A stretch of DNA of 64,000 nucleotides from Candidatus Latescibacterota bacterium. Its GTDB lineage: Bacteria > Latescibacterota > UBA2968 > GCA-2709665. Under the pieces are notes generated by a model. That model saw only the letters and a list, made by a program, of their open reading frames with translations, was not told where the DNA came from and made no database searches. The position numbers and the translations under genes are program-made. This document shows, piece by piece, positions 10,154 to 20,137 of the stretch. Numbering within the stretch: position 1 is the stretch's first letter; every line of letters begins with the position of its first letter. The stretch is taken from the NCBI GenBank assembly GCA_965208835.1, contig OZ242358.1, positions 3,808,001 through 3,872,000 on the forward strand. Direction: 5' to 3'.

Positions 10154-11116
10154 ATGAGCGCCCTGCTCGACCTGACCTTTCGAGGGAATTCAATGGCGGG
10201 ATCCGTCAACGACGTGGGCGAGTTGCGTCGTTCGGACGACATTCTTCGCGATCCTGCCGCGCTGCACGCCCGAATGGCAGACGACGGCTACCTCTACCTG
10301 CCCGGACTCCTCAACCCTGAAGAAGCGCTGACGGCGCGGCTGGAAGTCATGAAACGCCTCGCCAGGATGGGCTCGGTGGATGAAACCCTTCCAGTTATCG
10401 AGGGAAAATACAAGCCGGGCGGCGGGCTCGGCACCATGTTCGACATCACACTCGATAATCCGGCGCTGACGAGAGTCCTCTATGACGGACCCATGATCCG
10501 TTTCTACGAACGATTTCTGGGAGGACCCGTCACCCATTTCGACTATACATGGTTCCGGGTCAAGGCACCGGGAACCGCATCTCCCACCCAACCCCACTAC
10601 GACGTTGTCTACATGGGCCGCGGAACCCCCAACCTCTTCACCTCCTGGACCCCGCTGGGGGACGTACCCTTCGAAATGGGCGGCCTGATCATTCTGGAAA
10701 ATTCACACAAAAACGAACGCCTCCGGCACACATACGCACGTACCGACGTGGACAAATACTGCGAGAACGAAGACAAGGCCGGACGGATCGTAGAAACCGC
10801 CAGGATTCAGAAGCGCGACCTGACAGGCGAGGAACAGTCCCGAATCCGATGGAATTCCACCGGTTCGTATGCTTCCGACGCCATACAGGCTCGAAACGAA
10901 CTCGGCGGCCGATGGCTGACGGCGGACTACAAACTGGGCGACGTGCTTGTCTTTTCAATGCGTACGTTGCACGCAAGCTCCGACAACCGAACCGACCGGA
11001 TTCGCATCTCCTCCGACTCACGTTATCAACTCGCCTCCGAACCTCAGGACGAACGCTGGATCGGGACCCGTCCGCCGGCGCATGGCATTCGCGCGAAACA
11101 GGGCATGATCTGCTGA
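10154..11116 (+). CDS. PhyH family Fe/2OG dioxygenase
   Basis: PHYDVVYMGRG, WTPLGD, LHAS.DN..RIRIS.DSRYQ. Confidence 0.88.
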   Translation: MSALLDLTFRGNSMAGSVNDVGELRRSDDILRDPAALHARMADDGYLYLPGLLNPEEALTARLEVMKRLARMGSVDETLPVIEGKYKPGGGLGTMFDITLDNPALTRVLYDGPMIRFYERFLGGPVTHFDYTWFRVKAPGTASPTQPHYDVVYMGRGTPNLFTSWTPLGDVPFEMGGLIILENSHKNERLRHTYARTDVDKYCENEDKAGRIVETARIQKRDLTGEEQSRIRWNSTGSYASDAIQARNELGGRWLTADYKLGDVLVFSMRTLHASSDNRTDRIRISSDSRYQLASEPQDERWIGTRPPAHGIRAKQGMIC

Positions 11117-11199
11117 ACCGTACTCGTTCGCGAATTGAATTCACCGGCCAATCCGTCCACAAGTGAACGGTCCGGACTTCAACAGAATCGCCAGTTCTT

Positions 11200-13122
11200 T
11201 CAATTCCCCTCGCGCGAGCCGCGTTCCTGCATCTGCCGCACAAACGAATTTTCCGAGTATTCTCCACGAACGGCCCTGAAATCGGCGGCAACCTCGTCCG
11301 CGCCACCGTCGGCGCCATATCCGATTGCCGCGGCGGCGCCAAACTCCTTTTCCGCATCCGCCAGCACCCTTCTCGTGGCCGAGGCGCGCAACTTCCCGCG
11401 GGCCGCTTTCATTTCCTCGAGGCCGTCTTCCGTCAGCGCTTCCACGCGGGCGCCAGTCCGGTCACGGTACGTACGGCGCACCCATGCCCACTCATCCGTT
11501 ACATACATTCCGTCAGCCGACGCGAATGCCGCATTGAACGCCGCCACCGTGTCGATGTTTCCGGAAACGATATCCGTTTCAATCGATGCCAGCCGTGACC
11601 CCGCCAGCAGCAAACCACCCACATCCGCCCAACGCTCATCGTATGCCTCCCCATCCGTCGGGCCCAGAGCTTTTCCGTCCGCCACCCGCTGAAGTATCTT
11701 TTCAACCAGGTACAGGTCGATCGCGGCCGCGTAGCTCCTGATGCCGTGGCGCAGGACCAGGCGCCGGATCCTCACGCCGTTGTGGCGCACCTGATCCACG
11801 TCTCGCGGTGTCCTGTCGTACAGATCGTTGAGAAGCGCTTCTCCCCGCATCATCCGCTCGACCGTGTAGGGACTGAACACCTCGTACCGGATCCTGTCGC
11901 GCTTATCGGATGCCGTGCGCCGGTCCCGGTCCGGCCATTTGTCGCCATCGCGGATGGTGCCTACCGTGTGCAGATTCATCGCAGGCGTAAGAAAGCTCGC
12001 CCCCCTTTCCTCGACGAGGTACGAGAACGGCAAATCACGAATATCGAAGTTCGTCATATGCTTGCCGATGACAACGGTGAACGGCCCGACCGCGCTCGGC
12101 AGGAGCATATAGGAAGAAGATCCCGTCTTGCTCCCTCGTTCGAGTACACCCTGGTGTACCGGACCGAGCTTATACATGTGGTTGCTCTGGTTGGTCCCGC
12201 TGCCGGCATTGTAGAACGAATAGAGCCCTGCGATCAGTAGCGTACTCTTGTGATGGGTTACTGTGTAAGGACCGCCGAACACCGCGCACGCTTCGCCGTT
12301 AAAGCACTCCGAATTGGCGAAAAAGAGGGAATGCTCGGCTGAAAACTGCTTTCCGACCTCAACTCCCTGCCCAATAAAGCACCGGGTAAGAGTCGCGCCA
12401 CTTTCCACACGGGAGCCTTCCGCAATGATGAAATCCTCGGCCACGACGGATGCGCCAACCCGCGTGCGCGCCGCCGCCTCGCTCAATACGGTCCCGTTCT
12501 TCAGCATGGCCGCCCCGACGACCTCCGCGCCGCAACCGACATTTACATCCAGAATCTCGTTTACATGGGCTACAACGGCTCCTTCGCCAACCACGCCCGC
12601 GTCCGACGCGTTCTCTTCGACGTATGCGTCGACCATCGCCTGAAGACGCGACGTCATCTCCGTCCGGTACCGGTGCATGCTCATGACGTATGCGAACTGA
12701 CTGGACATCTCATTGAACATCGGCACCTCGCGTCCACCCCCCTCGTTGACGGGTTCCACGACAGCCCCGTTTCCGAATACCGCGCCGGCGCGCGTCGCCA
12801 TCTGCCCCACGTCCGTTACGACCGCCCCGTCGCCAACCCGGTAATTCGAGAGGTGACCGCGGACCCGCGTCACCCGCACGTTGTCCCCCAGCACGCAGTC
12901 TATCAGGGTTGCGTCCGAAATCTCCGCCGGCAAATCCGCGCCAGCGAAGGACACGGTACCTTCCTGGGTGCCCAATTTTACCTGGCCGTAAAAACCGACA
13001 CGCTTCACGCGATCCGGATTGAATCCGCGCTTCACTTCTACCTTCGACCAATCCTGGCACGCGCACCCGTTCCTTTCCATCGCCGCGACCTCATCCCTTG
13101 ACAGTGCACGATATCCAGCCAT
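11200..13122 (-). CDS. DUF4954 family protein (hexapeptide/left-handed beta-helix-like)
   Basis: GEACAVFGGPYTVTHHKSTLLIAG..SFYNAGSGTNQSNHMYKLGPVHQG recognised from the DUF4954 family; many [IV]GxxxxV repeats. Confidence 0.8.
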   Translation of the reverse strand: MAGYRALSRDEVAAMERNGCACQDWSKVEVKRGFNPDRVKRVGFYGQVKLGTQEGTVSFAGADLPAEISDATLIDCVLGDNVRVTRVRGHLSNYRVGDGAVVTDVGQMATRAGAVFGNGAVVEPVNEGGGREVPMFNEMSSQFAYVMSMHRYRTEMTSRLQAMVDAYVEENASDAGVVGEGAVVAHVNEILDVNVGCGAEVVGAAMLKNGTVLSEAAARTRVGASVVAEDFIIAEGSRVESGATLTRCFIGQGVEVGKQFSAEHSLFFANSECFNGEACAVFGGPYTVTHHKSTLLIAGLYSFYNAGSGTNQSNHMYKLGPVHQGVLERGSKTGSSSYMLLPSAVGPFTVVIGKHMTNFDIRDLPFSYLVEERGASFLTPAMNLHTVGTIRDGDKWPDRDRRTASDKRDRIRYEVFSPYTVERMMRGEALLNDLYDRTPRDVDQVRHNGVRIRRLVLRHGIRSYAAAIDLYLVEKILQRVADGKALGPTDGEAYDERWADVGGLLLAGSRLASIETDIVSGNIDTVAAFNAAFASADGMYVTDEWAWVRRTYRDRTGARVEALTEDGLEEMKAARGKLRASATRRVLADAEKEFGAAAAIGYGADGGADEVAADFRAVRGEYSENSFVRQMQERGSREGN

Positions 13123-13504
13123 GTGTGAATTCTCCTTCCTTCGTGATCCAGTTCAGGCGTGCGTATCTTACTGAAAAACCGGTCATTATCAAATCGGGCC
13201 GGCGGGTAAGATATTCAGCGCCGCACCCTCCGGCAAGCGTTTTCTGTGGAATTCCCCTCGCGTTTCGTCACTTCCTGTCGAAGGGCAAAACACTTTACTT
13301 CAATCCGGCCTTTTGGTATATTGGCTGTCCTTTTCGGACCCTCACCGAATCCTGATTCGGGGGTTTGTCGACAAGGCACCGATTGTCCTGAAAACTGGAT
13401 TTGCAGCCGATTCAACCGGCTGATCACAAGCGCCCGAAACGAATGGCAACTGGAATACGGCGAACCGGGAACACACCAGACGGAAACCGGACGAAAGGAC
13501 GTCA

Positions 13505-14257
13505 ATGGCAGGTACGATCAAACTCGAGGTTTGCGAGAGCAGCGCCGACGTGGCGGTCAAAGCGTCGGAGATCATCGCAAGTCTGATCCGCGCGACGCCG
13601 GATGCGGCGATCGGTCTGGCCACGGGATCCACACCTGAACAGACCTATGCCAGACTCGCTGACCTGCATCGCAGCGAGGGCCTCCGATTCGCCCGCGTCA
13701 CCTCCTTCAATCTGGACGAATACTGGGGCCTGGATGGCGATCACAATCAGAGCTACCGTTATTTTATGGACGACCGCCTTTTTCGGAAAGTCGACATTCG
13801 ACCCTGGAATACCCACGTCCTGAGCGGTACTGCCGCCAATCCGGATCTGGAGTGCAGGGCATTCGAGACGAAAATCCTTGCGGCCGGCGGTATCGACCTG
13901 TGGTTGCTCGGTATCGGCACCAACGGTCATATCGCATTCAACGAGCCGGGCAGCCCCGTGGACAGCCGCACGCGACTCGTCAACCTTGCGCCGAGTACGA
14001 TTGCGGCGAACAGCGACGGCCGTTTTTTCAAGGATGCCGCCAGCGTCCCTCGATTCGCCCTTTCGGCCGGAATCGGTACCATTCGAGAGGCGCGGCGTCT
14101 TCTTTTGCTGGCCACCGGGTCCGGGAAGGCCGATGCCATTGCGCAGGCCCTGGAAGGACCGCCCTCAACGGACTGCCCGGCCAGCCTGCTGCAGAGCCAT
14201 CCGGATTGTACGTTCATCGTGGACCGCGAAGCGGCTTCCAGGCTTGAGTCCGCTTAG
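13505..14257 (+). CDS. nagB: Glucosamine-6-phosphate deaminase
   Basis: GLATGSTP, FNLDEY, LGIGTNGHIAFNEPGS, PASLLQ.H. Confidence 0.95.
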   Translation: MAGTIKLEVCESSADVAVKASEIIASLIRATPDAAIGLATGSTPEQTYARLADLHRSEGLRFARVTSFNLDEYWGLDGDHNQSYRYFMDDRLFRKVDIRPWNTHVLSGTAANPDLECRAFETKILAAGGIDLWLLGIGTNGHIAFNEPGSPVDSRTRLVNLAPSTIAANSDGRFFKDAASVPRFALSAGIGTIREARRLLLLATGSGKADAIAQALEGPPSTDCPASLLQSHPDCTFIVDREAASRLESA

Positions 14258-14418
14258 AAGTTGTTTTAAAATTACCGGTGAGTTCCCGAGCGCGAGCGAA
14301 AAAGTGTCGGTCAAGGCGGGAAAATCCGCCCATATTTGTCTATACGGGCGGGTTTGACCAACGCTGACCGACGCTTTTGCAGCCGCGCGAATACCGCTGG
14401 GAATTTTGAGACAGCTTC
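14257..14418 (+). mobile_element. MITE family A, 162-bp copy
   Basis: GAAGTTGTTTTAAAA...TTTTGAGACAGCTTC with a TTA direct repeat on each side; overlaps the nagB stop codon. Confidence 0.85.
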
Positions 14419-14484
14419 TTAGAACCGAGCGTCGCGCACAATGGGACTCCCGTCCGGTTTTCCCGCATTTTCATGGAGCGTCAA

Positions 14485-14730
14485 ATGGATCGCGAAACAA
14501 TCAAGACAGGCGTGTACCAGGTGATATCCAAGGTTCTCGGAATCGACACGAACGAGGTCTCGGAGGATCAGAGCTTCACGGCGGATCTGGGCGCCGAGTC
14601 CGTACAGTCCGTAGAACTCATGGCCGGCTTTGAAGAGGAATTTGAAATAGAAATGGACGAAGACGAAGCCCTGGCCGTACAAACCGTGGGTGGTGCCATC
14701 GACTTCATCGCACAGTATGTAAACGACTGA
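14485..14730 (+). CDS. Acyl carrier protein with atypical attachment motif (LGAESVQS)
   Basis: 81 aa and acidic; F..DLGAES..SVEL...EEEFEIE...TVG.AIDFI. Confidence 0.88.
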   Translation: MDRETIKTGVYQVISKVLGIDTNEVSEDQSFTADLGAESVQSVELMAGFEEEFEIEMDEDEALAVQTVGGAIDFIAQYVND

Positions 14731-14772
14731 TAGCGAACCAACTTGTCCTCGTAATTGCCAGGAGTGTGCCTC

Positions 14773-16164
14773 ATGAAAACAGGAGAACTGATCGAAGTTG
14801 ACGAGCCGAATCTCCTCGACGAGCAGTTCGACTACAACCTGCCGCCCAGGATTCAGTTTGACGGCCCGCTATATGAGGAAATTGGAGACCAACTCGTCAG
14901 ATTCGACACGGAGGAAGCCCTTTCCCGCGACCTCGTCATTACAGATACCACCTTCCGGGACGGCCAGCAGGCGCGCCCGCCTTACACGGTGGAACAGCAG
15001 GTCAGACTCTACGATATGATGGCCAGGCTCGGGGGGCCTGGCGGCATTATCCGGCAGACCGAGTTCTTTCTCTACACGAAGAACGACCGCCGCACCCTGG
15101 AGGAATGTCGCGCGCTGGGGCACCGTTTTCCTGAAATCACCTCGTGGATCCGGGCCGACAAGGGCGACTTTCGCCTGGTAAAGGAAGCTGGCGTACGGGA
15201 AACCGGAATGCTCACACCCAGTTCCGATTACCACATCTTCTACAAGCTCAAGAAAGACCGCAGAAAGGCGTTCAACGACTACCTGGAGGTTGTCGAAGCC
15301 GCCTGGGAGTCCGGCATACGGCCGCGGTGCCACCTTGAAGACGTCACCAGGGCGGACATCGACGGGTACGTGTTGCCATTTGTCCAGGAACTGATGCGCC
15401 GTTCCGAGCAGGTACCTCCCGAATTACGCGCCAAGATCAGGCTCTGCGACACCATGGGATTCGGGATCAGCTATCCCGGCGCCAGCCTTCCGCGCTCGAT
15501 TCCCAAGCTCGTTTACCGGATGACCAACGACGGCGGGGTTCCGCACGATTGCCTGGAATGGCACGGGCACAACGACTTCCACAAGGTTCACGTCAACGGG
15601 GCTACCGCATGGCTCTACGGCTGCAACGCGCTCAACACCACATTGTTCGGTTTCGGCGAACGCACCGGCAATCCTCCACTCGAGGGGGCCATACTCGAAT
15701 ACATCGGCCTTCGCGGGAGCCTGTGCGGTATTGACACCATGGTGATCCAGGAGATGGCCGACTACATGCGGTCCATCGGCGTGGACATCGCGCCGAACTA
15801 CCCGTTTGTGGGCAGGGACTTCAACACCACGCGGGCCGGCATCCACGCGGGCGGGCTGCGTTCCGACGAACGCATATACAACATCTTCGATACAACCGCC
15901 CTGTTCGGACGTCCGCCCAGGGTGGCCATTACGGACAAGACCGGTGTCGACGGGGTGGCCCTCTGGGTGAATGAGTTCCTTGGTCTCAAGGGCGAAAACC
16001 GGCTGAGCAAGATCAAAGTGCATAAGGTCGCCCGCTGGGTGATGGATCAGTACGAAGTGCACGGACGGATGAGCGCAGTTACGGACGAGGAACTGGAAGA
16101 ACAGGTCAAGATCAACCTCCCGGACCGGTACGCAATCTTTCAGGCAGGGCGCAAAGCCGGCTGA
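14773..16164 (+). CDS. Re-citrate synthase-like DRE-TIM metallolyase (isopropylmalate/homocitrate synthase family)
   Basis: ITDTTFRDGQQARPPYTVEQ, GIIRQTEFFLY, HLEDVTRAD, LEWHGHNDF, GERTGN, TRAGIHA: the Re-citrate synthase subfamily signature as I recall it. Confidence 0.8.
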   Translation: MKTGELIEVDEPNLLDEQFDYNLPPRIQFDGPLYEEIGDQLVRFDTEEALSRDLVITDTTFRDGQQARPPYTVEQQVRLYDMMARLGGPGGIIRQTEFFLYTKNDRRTLEECRALGHRFPEITSWIRADKGDFRLVKEAGVRETGMLTPSSDYHIFYKLKKDRRKAFNDYLEVVEAAWESGIRPRCHLEDVTRADIDGYVLPFVQELMRRSEQVPPELRAKIRLCDTMGFGISYPGASLPRSIPKLVYRMTNDGGVPHDCLEWHGHNDFHKVHVNGATAWLYGCNALNTTLFGFGERTGNPPLEGAILEYIGLRGSLCGIDTMVIQEMADYMRSIGVDIAPNYPFVGRDFNTTRAGIHAGGLRSDERIYNIFDTTALFGRPPRVAITDKTGVDGVALWVNEFLGLKGENRLSKIKVHKVARWVMDQYEVHGRMSAVTDEELEEQVKINLPDRYAIFQAGRKAG

Positions 16165-16207
16165 TCCGCTCGTTTCGACTTGAGGTTCCGGCTTCTGGCG
16201 ACATATC

Positions 16208-17227
16208 GTGACGACCCGCACCGTCTCCCACACCGCATTAGACGCCTTTTGCGTTGACCTCCTCAAAGCGGCGGGTGTGCCTGAAACCGACGCCCGAATC
16301 ACGGCCCGCATCCAGGTTGAAGCAGATCTCCGCGGCGTACACTCCCATGGTGCGCGCGCCATTTCGGGCTATATCCGCCGGATCCTTAAAGGCGATATCA
16401 ACCCGAACGCCCATCCACGTGTCCTGAGCGAGGGGGCCGCGTACGTCCACGTGGACGCGGACAACGCCCTCGGACAGGTGGCCGCCTACGGGGCGATGCT
16501 GCGCGCGATCCGGAAATCCGAGGGGTCGGGCATCGGCATGGCCGCCGTCCGGAACACCAATCACTACGGCGCCGCAGCCTACTACGCCAACATGGCGGCC
16601 GAGGCCGGTATGGTGGGATTCAACACCACCGGGGGACGAGAAAACCGGGGCAACATGGCGCCGTACGGCAGCATCGAACCCGCCATCGGGAATGCGCCTT
16701 TCGCGTTCGGGATTCCCGCCGGGCGGGAACGCCCCATCATCCTCGATATGGCCACAGGCGTTGTTGCCGCCGGAAAAATCGAGATTGCCCGGGACCGCGG
16801 CGAGAAGATTCCCCCTGGCTGGGCGCTGGACGCGGCGGGCAATCCCACGGAAGACCCGGAAAAAGCACGTATTGTCGTACCGCTCGGTCCGAAGGGATCG
16901 GGACTCTCCATCGTGATGCATTGTATCGGCGGCATCCTGGCCGGGGCCGCCTTTCCGGACGTGGAAAAGTCCGGCTATCTGTTCATCGCGATCGATGTTT
17001 CAACCTTTTCCGATCCCGATACCTTCGCAAGAGAAGTCGACGCCCGCATTCAGACCATCCGCGACGCCAGGCCGGCGCCCGGCGTTGAGCGCGTCTACTA
17101 CCCCGGCGAACCCGAATGGATCAGCCGCGAACGCAACCTGGAAGACGGTATCCCCATGCTTCTTCCACATGTGGCCGACCTTGAATCCGTCGCCGACCAA
17201 CTCGGCGTATCCACCCGATTGGGATGA
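16208..17227 (+). CDS. Ldh_2 (type-2 malate/L-lactate dehydrogenase; AllD/ComC/YiaK-like) oxidoreductase
   Basis: ADLRGVHSHG, NHYGAA, LDMAT, GPKGSGL, YYPGE. Confidence 0.88.
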   Translation: MTTRTVSHTALDAFCVDLLKAAGVPETDARITARIQVEADLRGVHSHGARAISGYIRRILKGDINPNAHPRVLSEGAAYVHVDADNALGQVAAYGAMLRAIRKSEGSGIGMAAVRNTNHYGAAAYYANMAAEAGMVGFNTTGGRENRGNMAPYGSIEPAIGNAPFAFGIPAGRERPIILDMATGVVAAGKIEIARDRGEKIPPGWALDAAGNPTEDPEKARIVVPLGPKGSGLSIVMHCIGGILAGAAFPDVEKSGYLFIAIDVSTFSDPDTFAREVDARIQTIRDARPAPGVERVYYPGEPEWISRERNLEDGIPMLLPHVADLESVADQLGVSTRLG

Positions 17228-17249
17228 CGCTCAAATTTCCGACCCGCCG

Positions 17250-17981
17250 ATGGACATCCTCGTCCTCACAGCCACCGCATTCGAACAGGCGACGCTCAGA
17301 AGAAACATTTCGCATCCGACCACGCGCACCTTCGCCCGCCGCGCGCGCACCGAGGGCAAACTGGGGACGCGCCGCGTCGTTTTGATCGAAACCGGTATCG
17401 GCGCCGTCAATACGGCGCAAGCGTTGACCGCGGAACTGGAGGCCGGTCGGCCCGACTTCGTTCTGCAGGTCGGCGTGGGCGGCGCCTACGCCGGCTCCCG
17501 GCTGAACCTGGGGGACCTCGCCGTGGCCACCGAAGAGAACGACGGGGAGTTGGGGTTCCTCGCGCCCGACGGCTGGCACCCGGCCGATCACATCGGTATC
17601 CCGGTCCTCAGCAAGAACCGGATCCACTACAATACCTTGCCACTCGACGCGGAACTGGCCCGACGCGCGGCAACCATGATCCTCGAAGCACGCCCGGATG
17701 CGGCTCCGGCCGTGCGCTCCGGTCCTTTCGTAACAGTACAACAGTGCAGCGGCCTGGCCGCCAGGGGAAACGAACTCGCGACGCGATTCAACGCCATCTG
17801 CGAGAATATGGAAGGCGCGGCCGCCGCGCACGTCTGCACGCTGTACGAAGTTCCTTTCGTCGAACTGCGAGGCATCAGCAACCTGGTGGAAGACCGGGAC
17901 ACGCTCGCGTGGAAGCTACCGCTGGCCTCCGGGAACGCCCAAAAGGCTGCGGGTGTCCTGATCGAGAATCTGGCACCGTGA
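17250..17981 (+). CDS. mqnB: Futalosine hydrolase
   Basis: PNP/UDP phosphorylase fold: TGIGAVN, GVGGAY, ENMEGAAAA, ELRGISNLVEDRD; adjacent to mqnD. Confidence 0.88.
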   Translation: MDILVLTATAFEQATLRRNISHPTTRTFARRARTEGKLGTRRVVLIETGIGAVNTAQALTAELEAGRPDFVLQVGVGGAYAGSRLNLGDLAVATEENDGELGFLAPDGWHPADHIGIPVLSKNRIHYNTLPLDAELARRAATMILEARPDAAPAVRSGPFVTVQQCSGLAARGNELATRFNAICENMEGAAAAHVCTLYEVPFVELRGISNLVEDRDTLAWKLPLASGNAQKAAGVLIENLAP

Positions 17982-18020
17982 GAAGCTGTCTCTAAATCCC
18001 CAGCGGTCGTTGCGCGGTTG
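17982..18020 (-). mobile_element. MITE family A, single-end remnant
   Basis: GAAGCTGTCTCTAAATCCCCAGCGGTC matches one end of the other copies; it follows directly on the mqnB TGA stop. Confidence 0.6.
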
Positions 18021-18053
18021 CCGCGTTGGGGTTTCGCACGTTTCGAGGACCCG

Positions 18054-18887
18054 ATGGCCTTCGTTTCGCTCGGCTACTCTCCCTCCCCTAACGACACCTG
18101 CATCTTCTATGGCCTCACCCGGGGAAAAATCCCGGGTGCGCCCGCGTTTGAAACGACGCTTGATGACATAGAAACGCTCAACAGGCTGGCCATGGATGGC
18201 GGATTGGATGTTACCAAGGTCTCCTTCCATGCCCTGGGTTTTCTTCGGGACCGGTACTGCCTCCTCCATTCGGGCGGCGCGATGGGCCGCGGGTGCGGTC
18301 CCCTCGTCGTTGCCGCCAGACCCCTGAATCCGCAGGAACTGACCCGGGAAAAGATCGCGATTCCCGGAGGACTGACCACAGCCGCCCTGCTGCTGCGCCT
18401 GTTCGAGCCCTCACTCCACGATCTCGTCGTTCTGCCTTACCACCGCATTATGGATGCCGTACGGAACGGCGAAGCCGGCGCCGGGCTCATCATTCACGAG
18501 AGCCGCTTCACTTACACCGATTTCGGGCTGCAGGAAGTCATCGACCTGGGCGAATGGTGGGAACTCACCACCGGCCACCCCATTCCGCTCGGGGGCATCC
18601 TCGCCCGCCGGGACCTGGGCGCCGACCGGATCCGCGCCATCGATAGCGCTGTACGAGCAAGCGTGGAATATGCCCGAACCCACGCCGACATTGTCCTTGA
18701 AGACATCCTGCGGAATGCCCCGGAAATGGATGCTTCCGTCGCGCAACGGTTTATCGATCTGTACGTCAACACCTATACCCTGGACTACGGCCCGGACGGG
18801 GAAGCCGCGATTGCCGATATCGTCGCGCGCGCCGAAACCGCCCGCATCATTCCTACATCCGAAAATAAGCTCTTTGTTGACGAATAG
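18054..18887 (+). CDS. mqnD: 1,4-dihydroxy-6-naphthoate synthase
   Basis: GYSPSPNDT, DIETLN, GGAMGRGCGP, IIHESRFTY, DLGEWWE..TG.PIPLG, IDLYVN. Confidence 0.93.
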   Translation: MAFVSLGYSPSPNDTCIFYGLTRGKIPGAPAFETTLDDIETLNRLAMDGGLDVTKVSFHALGFLRDRYCLLHSGGAMGRGCGPLVVAARPLNPQELTREKIAIPGGLTTAALLLRLFEPSLHDLVVLPYHRIMDAVRNGEAGAGLIIHESRFTYTDFGLQEVIDLGEWWELTTGHPIPLGGILARRDLGADRIRAIDSAVRASVEYARTHADIVLEDILRNAPEMDASVAQRFIDLYVNTYTLDYGPDGEAAIADIVARAETARIIPTSENKLFVDE

Positions 18888-18940
18888 CCTCAAGTCGAAA
18901 AGAGACAACGGTCAAATTGGCCAAAAAAAGCCTGAATGCG

Positions 18941-19065
18941 GGTAGAGGGTAGAGGGAAGACGGTAGAAGAAACCCTTGCCCGATCCTTTATTCCTTCTTG
19001 CCTCCGGCAGGAGAAGGGACTCCACAAGGCAGGAAATCTCTCCCGTCTACCGTCTCCCGTCTCCC
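18941..19065. repeat. Inverted pair of short heptamer tandem arrays
   Basis: GGTAGAG GGTAGAG GGAAGAC GGTAGAA at 18941-18968; CTCTCCC GTCTACC GTCTCCC GTCTCCC at 19038-19065. Confidence 0.65.
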
Positions 19066-19221
19066 CGCTTCCTGGGGGATGGGAGGAGAGGTCACGAACA
19101 CGTCCAGTGACCTGGTGTATCCTGGTAATCCGCCGTTTAATCGCCTTTATTTACAAGCACATATTTGAATTAACGTCCCCGAAGACTTACGAATCAAGGT
19201 TCATTGAAAGGAGCCGCTTCA

Positions 19222-20127
19222 ATGTCAAGACCCAGTATCGGATTCATCGGACTCGGGATTATGGGAAATCCCATGTCCAAACACCTGCTCGCGGCCGGTT
19301 ACGACGTGGTCGTGCACAATCGAAGCCGGGGACCCGTCGCCGAACTGGTTGACGCCGGCGCCAGGGAAGCCCATTCACCCAGGGAAGTCGCCGAACAGAG
19401 CACCGTTGTCATCACCATGTTGCCCGACTCGCCGGACGTGGAGGAAGTCGCTCTCGGACCCGGCGGTATCATTGAAGGCGTGAGCCGGAACGACATCTAC
19501 ATCGATATGAGCACGATTGCGCCCACCGTCACCCAGGACGTGGGCCGGGCGATGGCACAAAAAGGTGTTCGCTGCCTGGATGCGCCGGTAAGCGGAGGCG
19601 ATGTCGGCGCGCGGAATGCCACCCTTTCCATCATGGTGGGCGGCGACGAGGATGTATTCAACTCGGTAAAACCCATTTTCGCGGCGATGGGGCAGAATAT
19701 CGTGCTTTGCGGACCCCTCGGCGCAGGACAGACCGTTAAGGCCTGCAACCAGGTCCTCGTTGCCGTAACCATCGCCGGGGTGTCCGAAGCGTTGACACTC
19801 GGCGCCAGGGCGGGCGTCGACCCGGCCAACATCGTGCGTGTCCTGGGCGGGGGCCTCGCCCGGTGCGGCGTCCTCGAAAACCGTGGCGAACGCATGGTCA
19901 ACGGCGATTTCGACCCGGGCTTCCGCATCCGGCTTCACTACAAGGACCTCAACATCATTATGAAAACCGGCAGCGACTATAATGTGCCGCTGCCGGTTAC
20001 GAGCATCGTTCACGAACTGTTCAATCTGGCGATGGCCAGGGACCGGGGCGAACTCGATCACTCCGGACTGTTGACCGTCGTCGAAGACCTCGCCGGCGTG
20101 CAGGCCCGCACGGCCGGCGCAGGTTGA
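19222..20127 (+). CDS. 2-hydroxy-3-oxopropionate (tartronate semialdehyde) reductase, GarR/GlxR-like
   Basis: GFIGLGIMG, MLPDSPDV, DAPVSGG, GQTVKACNQ, GFRIRLHYKDL. Confidence 0.88.
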   Translation: MSRPSIGFIGLGIMGNPMSKHLLAAGYDVVVHNRSRGPVAELVDAGAREAHSPREVAEQSTVVITMLPDSPDVEEVALGPGGIIEGVSRNDIYIDMSTIAPTVTQDVGRAMAQKGVRCLDAPVSGGDVGARNATLSIMVGGDEDVFNSVKPIFAAMGQNIVLCGPLGAGQTVKACNQVLVAVTIAGVSEALTLGARAGVDPANIVRVLGGGLARCGVLENRGERMVNGDFDPGFRIRLHYKDLNIIMKTGSDYNVPLPVTSIVHELFNLAMARDRGELDHSGLLTVVEDLAGVQARTAGAG

Positions 20128-20137
20128 CTCGCCAAAA

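Noticed and set aside
13420-13504. Possible glmS ribozyme upstream of nagB (AGCGCCCGAAAC)
   Set aside because: The GTTGACGAGG and TATCGAA core segments are missing; the GACGAAAGGA match is simply the RBS.
16995-17249. Apparent overlap or frameshift fusion of Ldh_2 with mqnB
   Set aside because: Both genes are complete; mqnB homology starts at ATG 17250.
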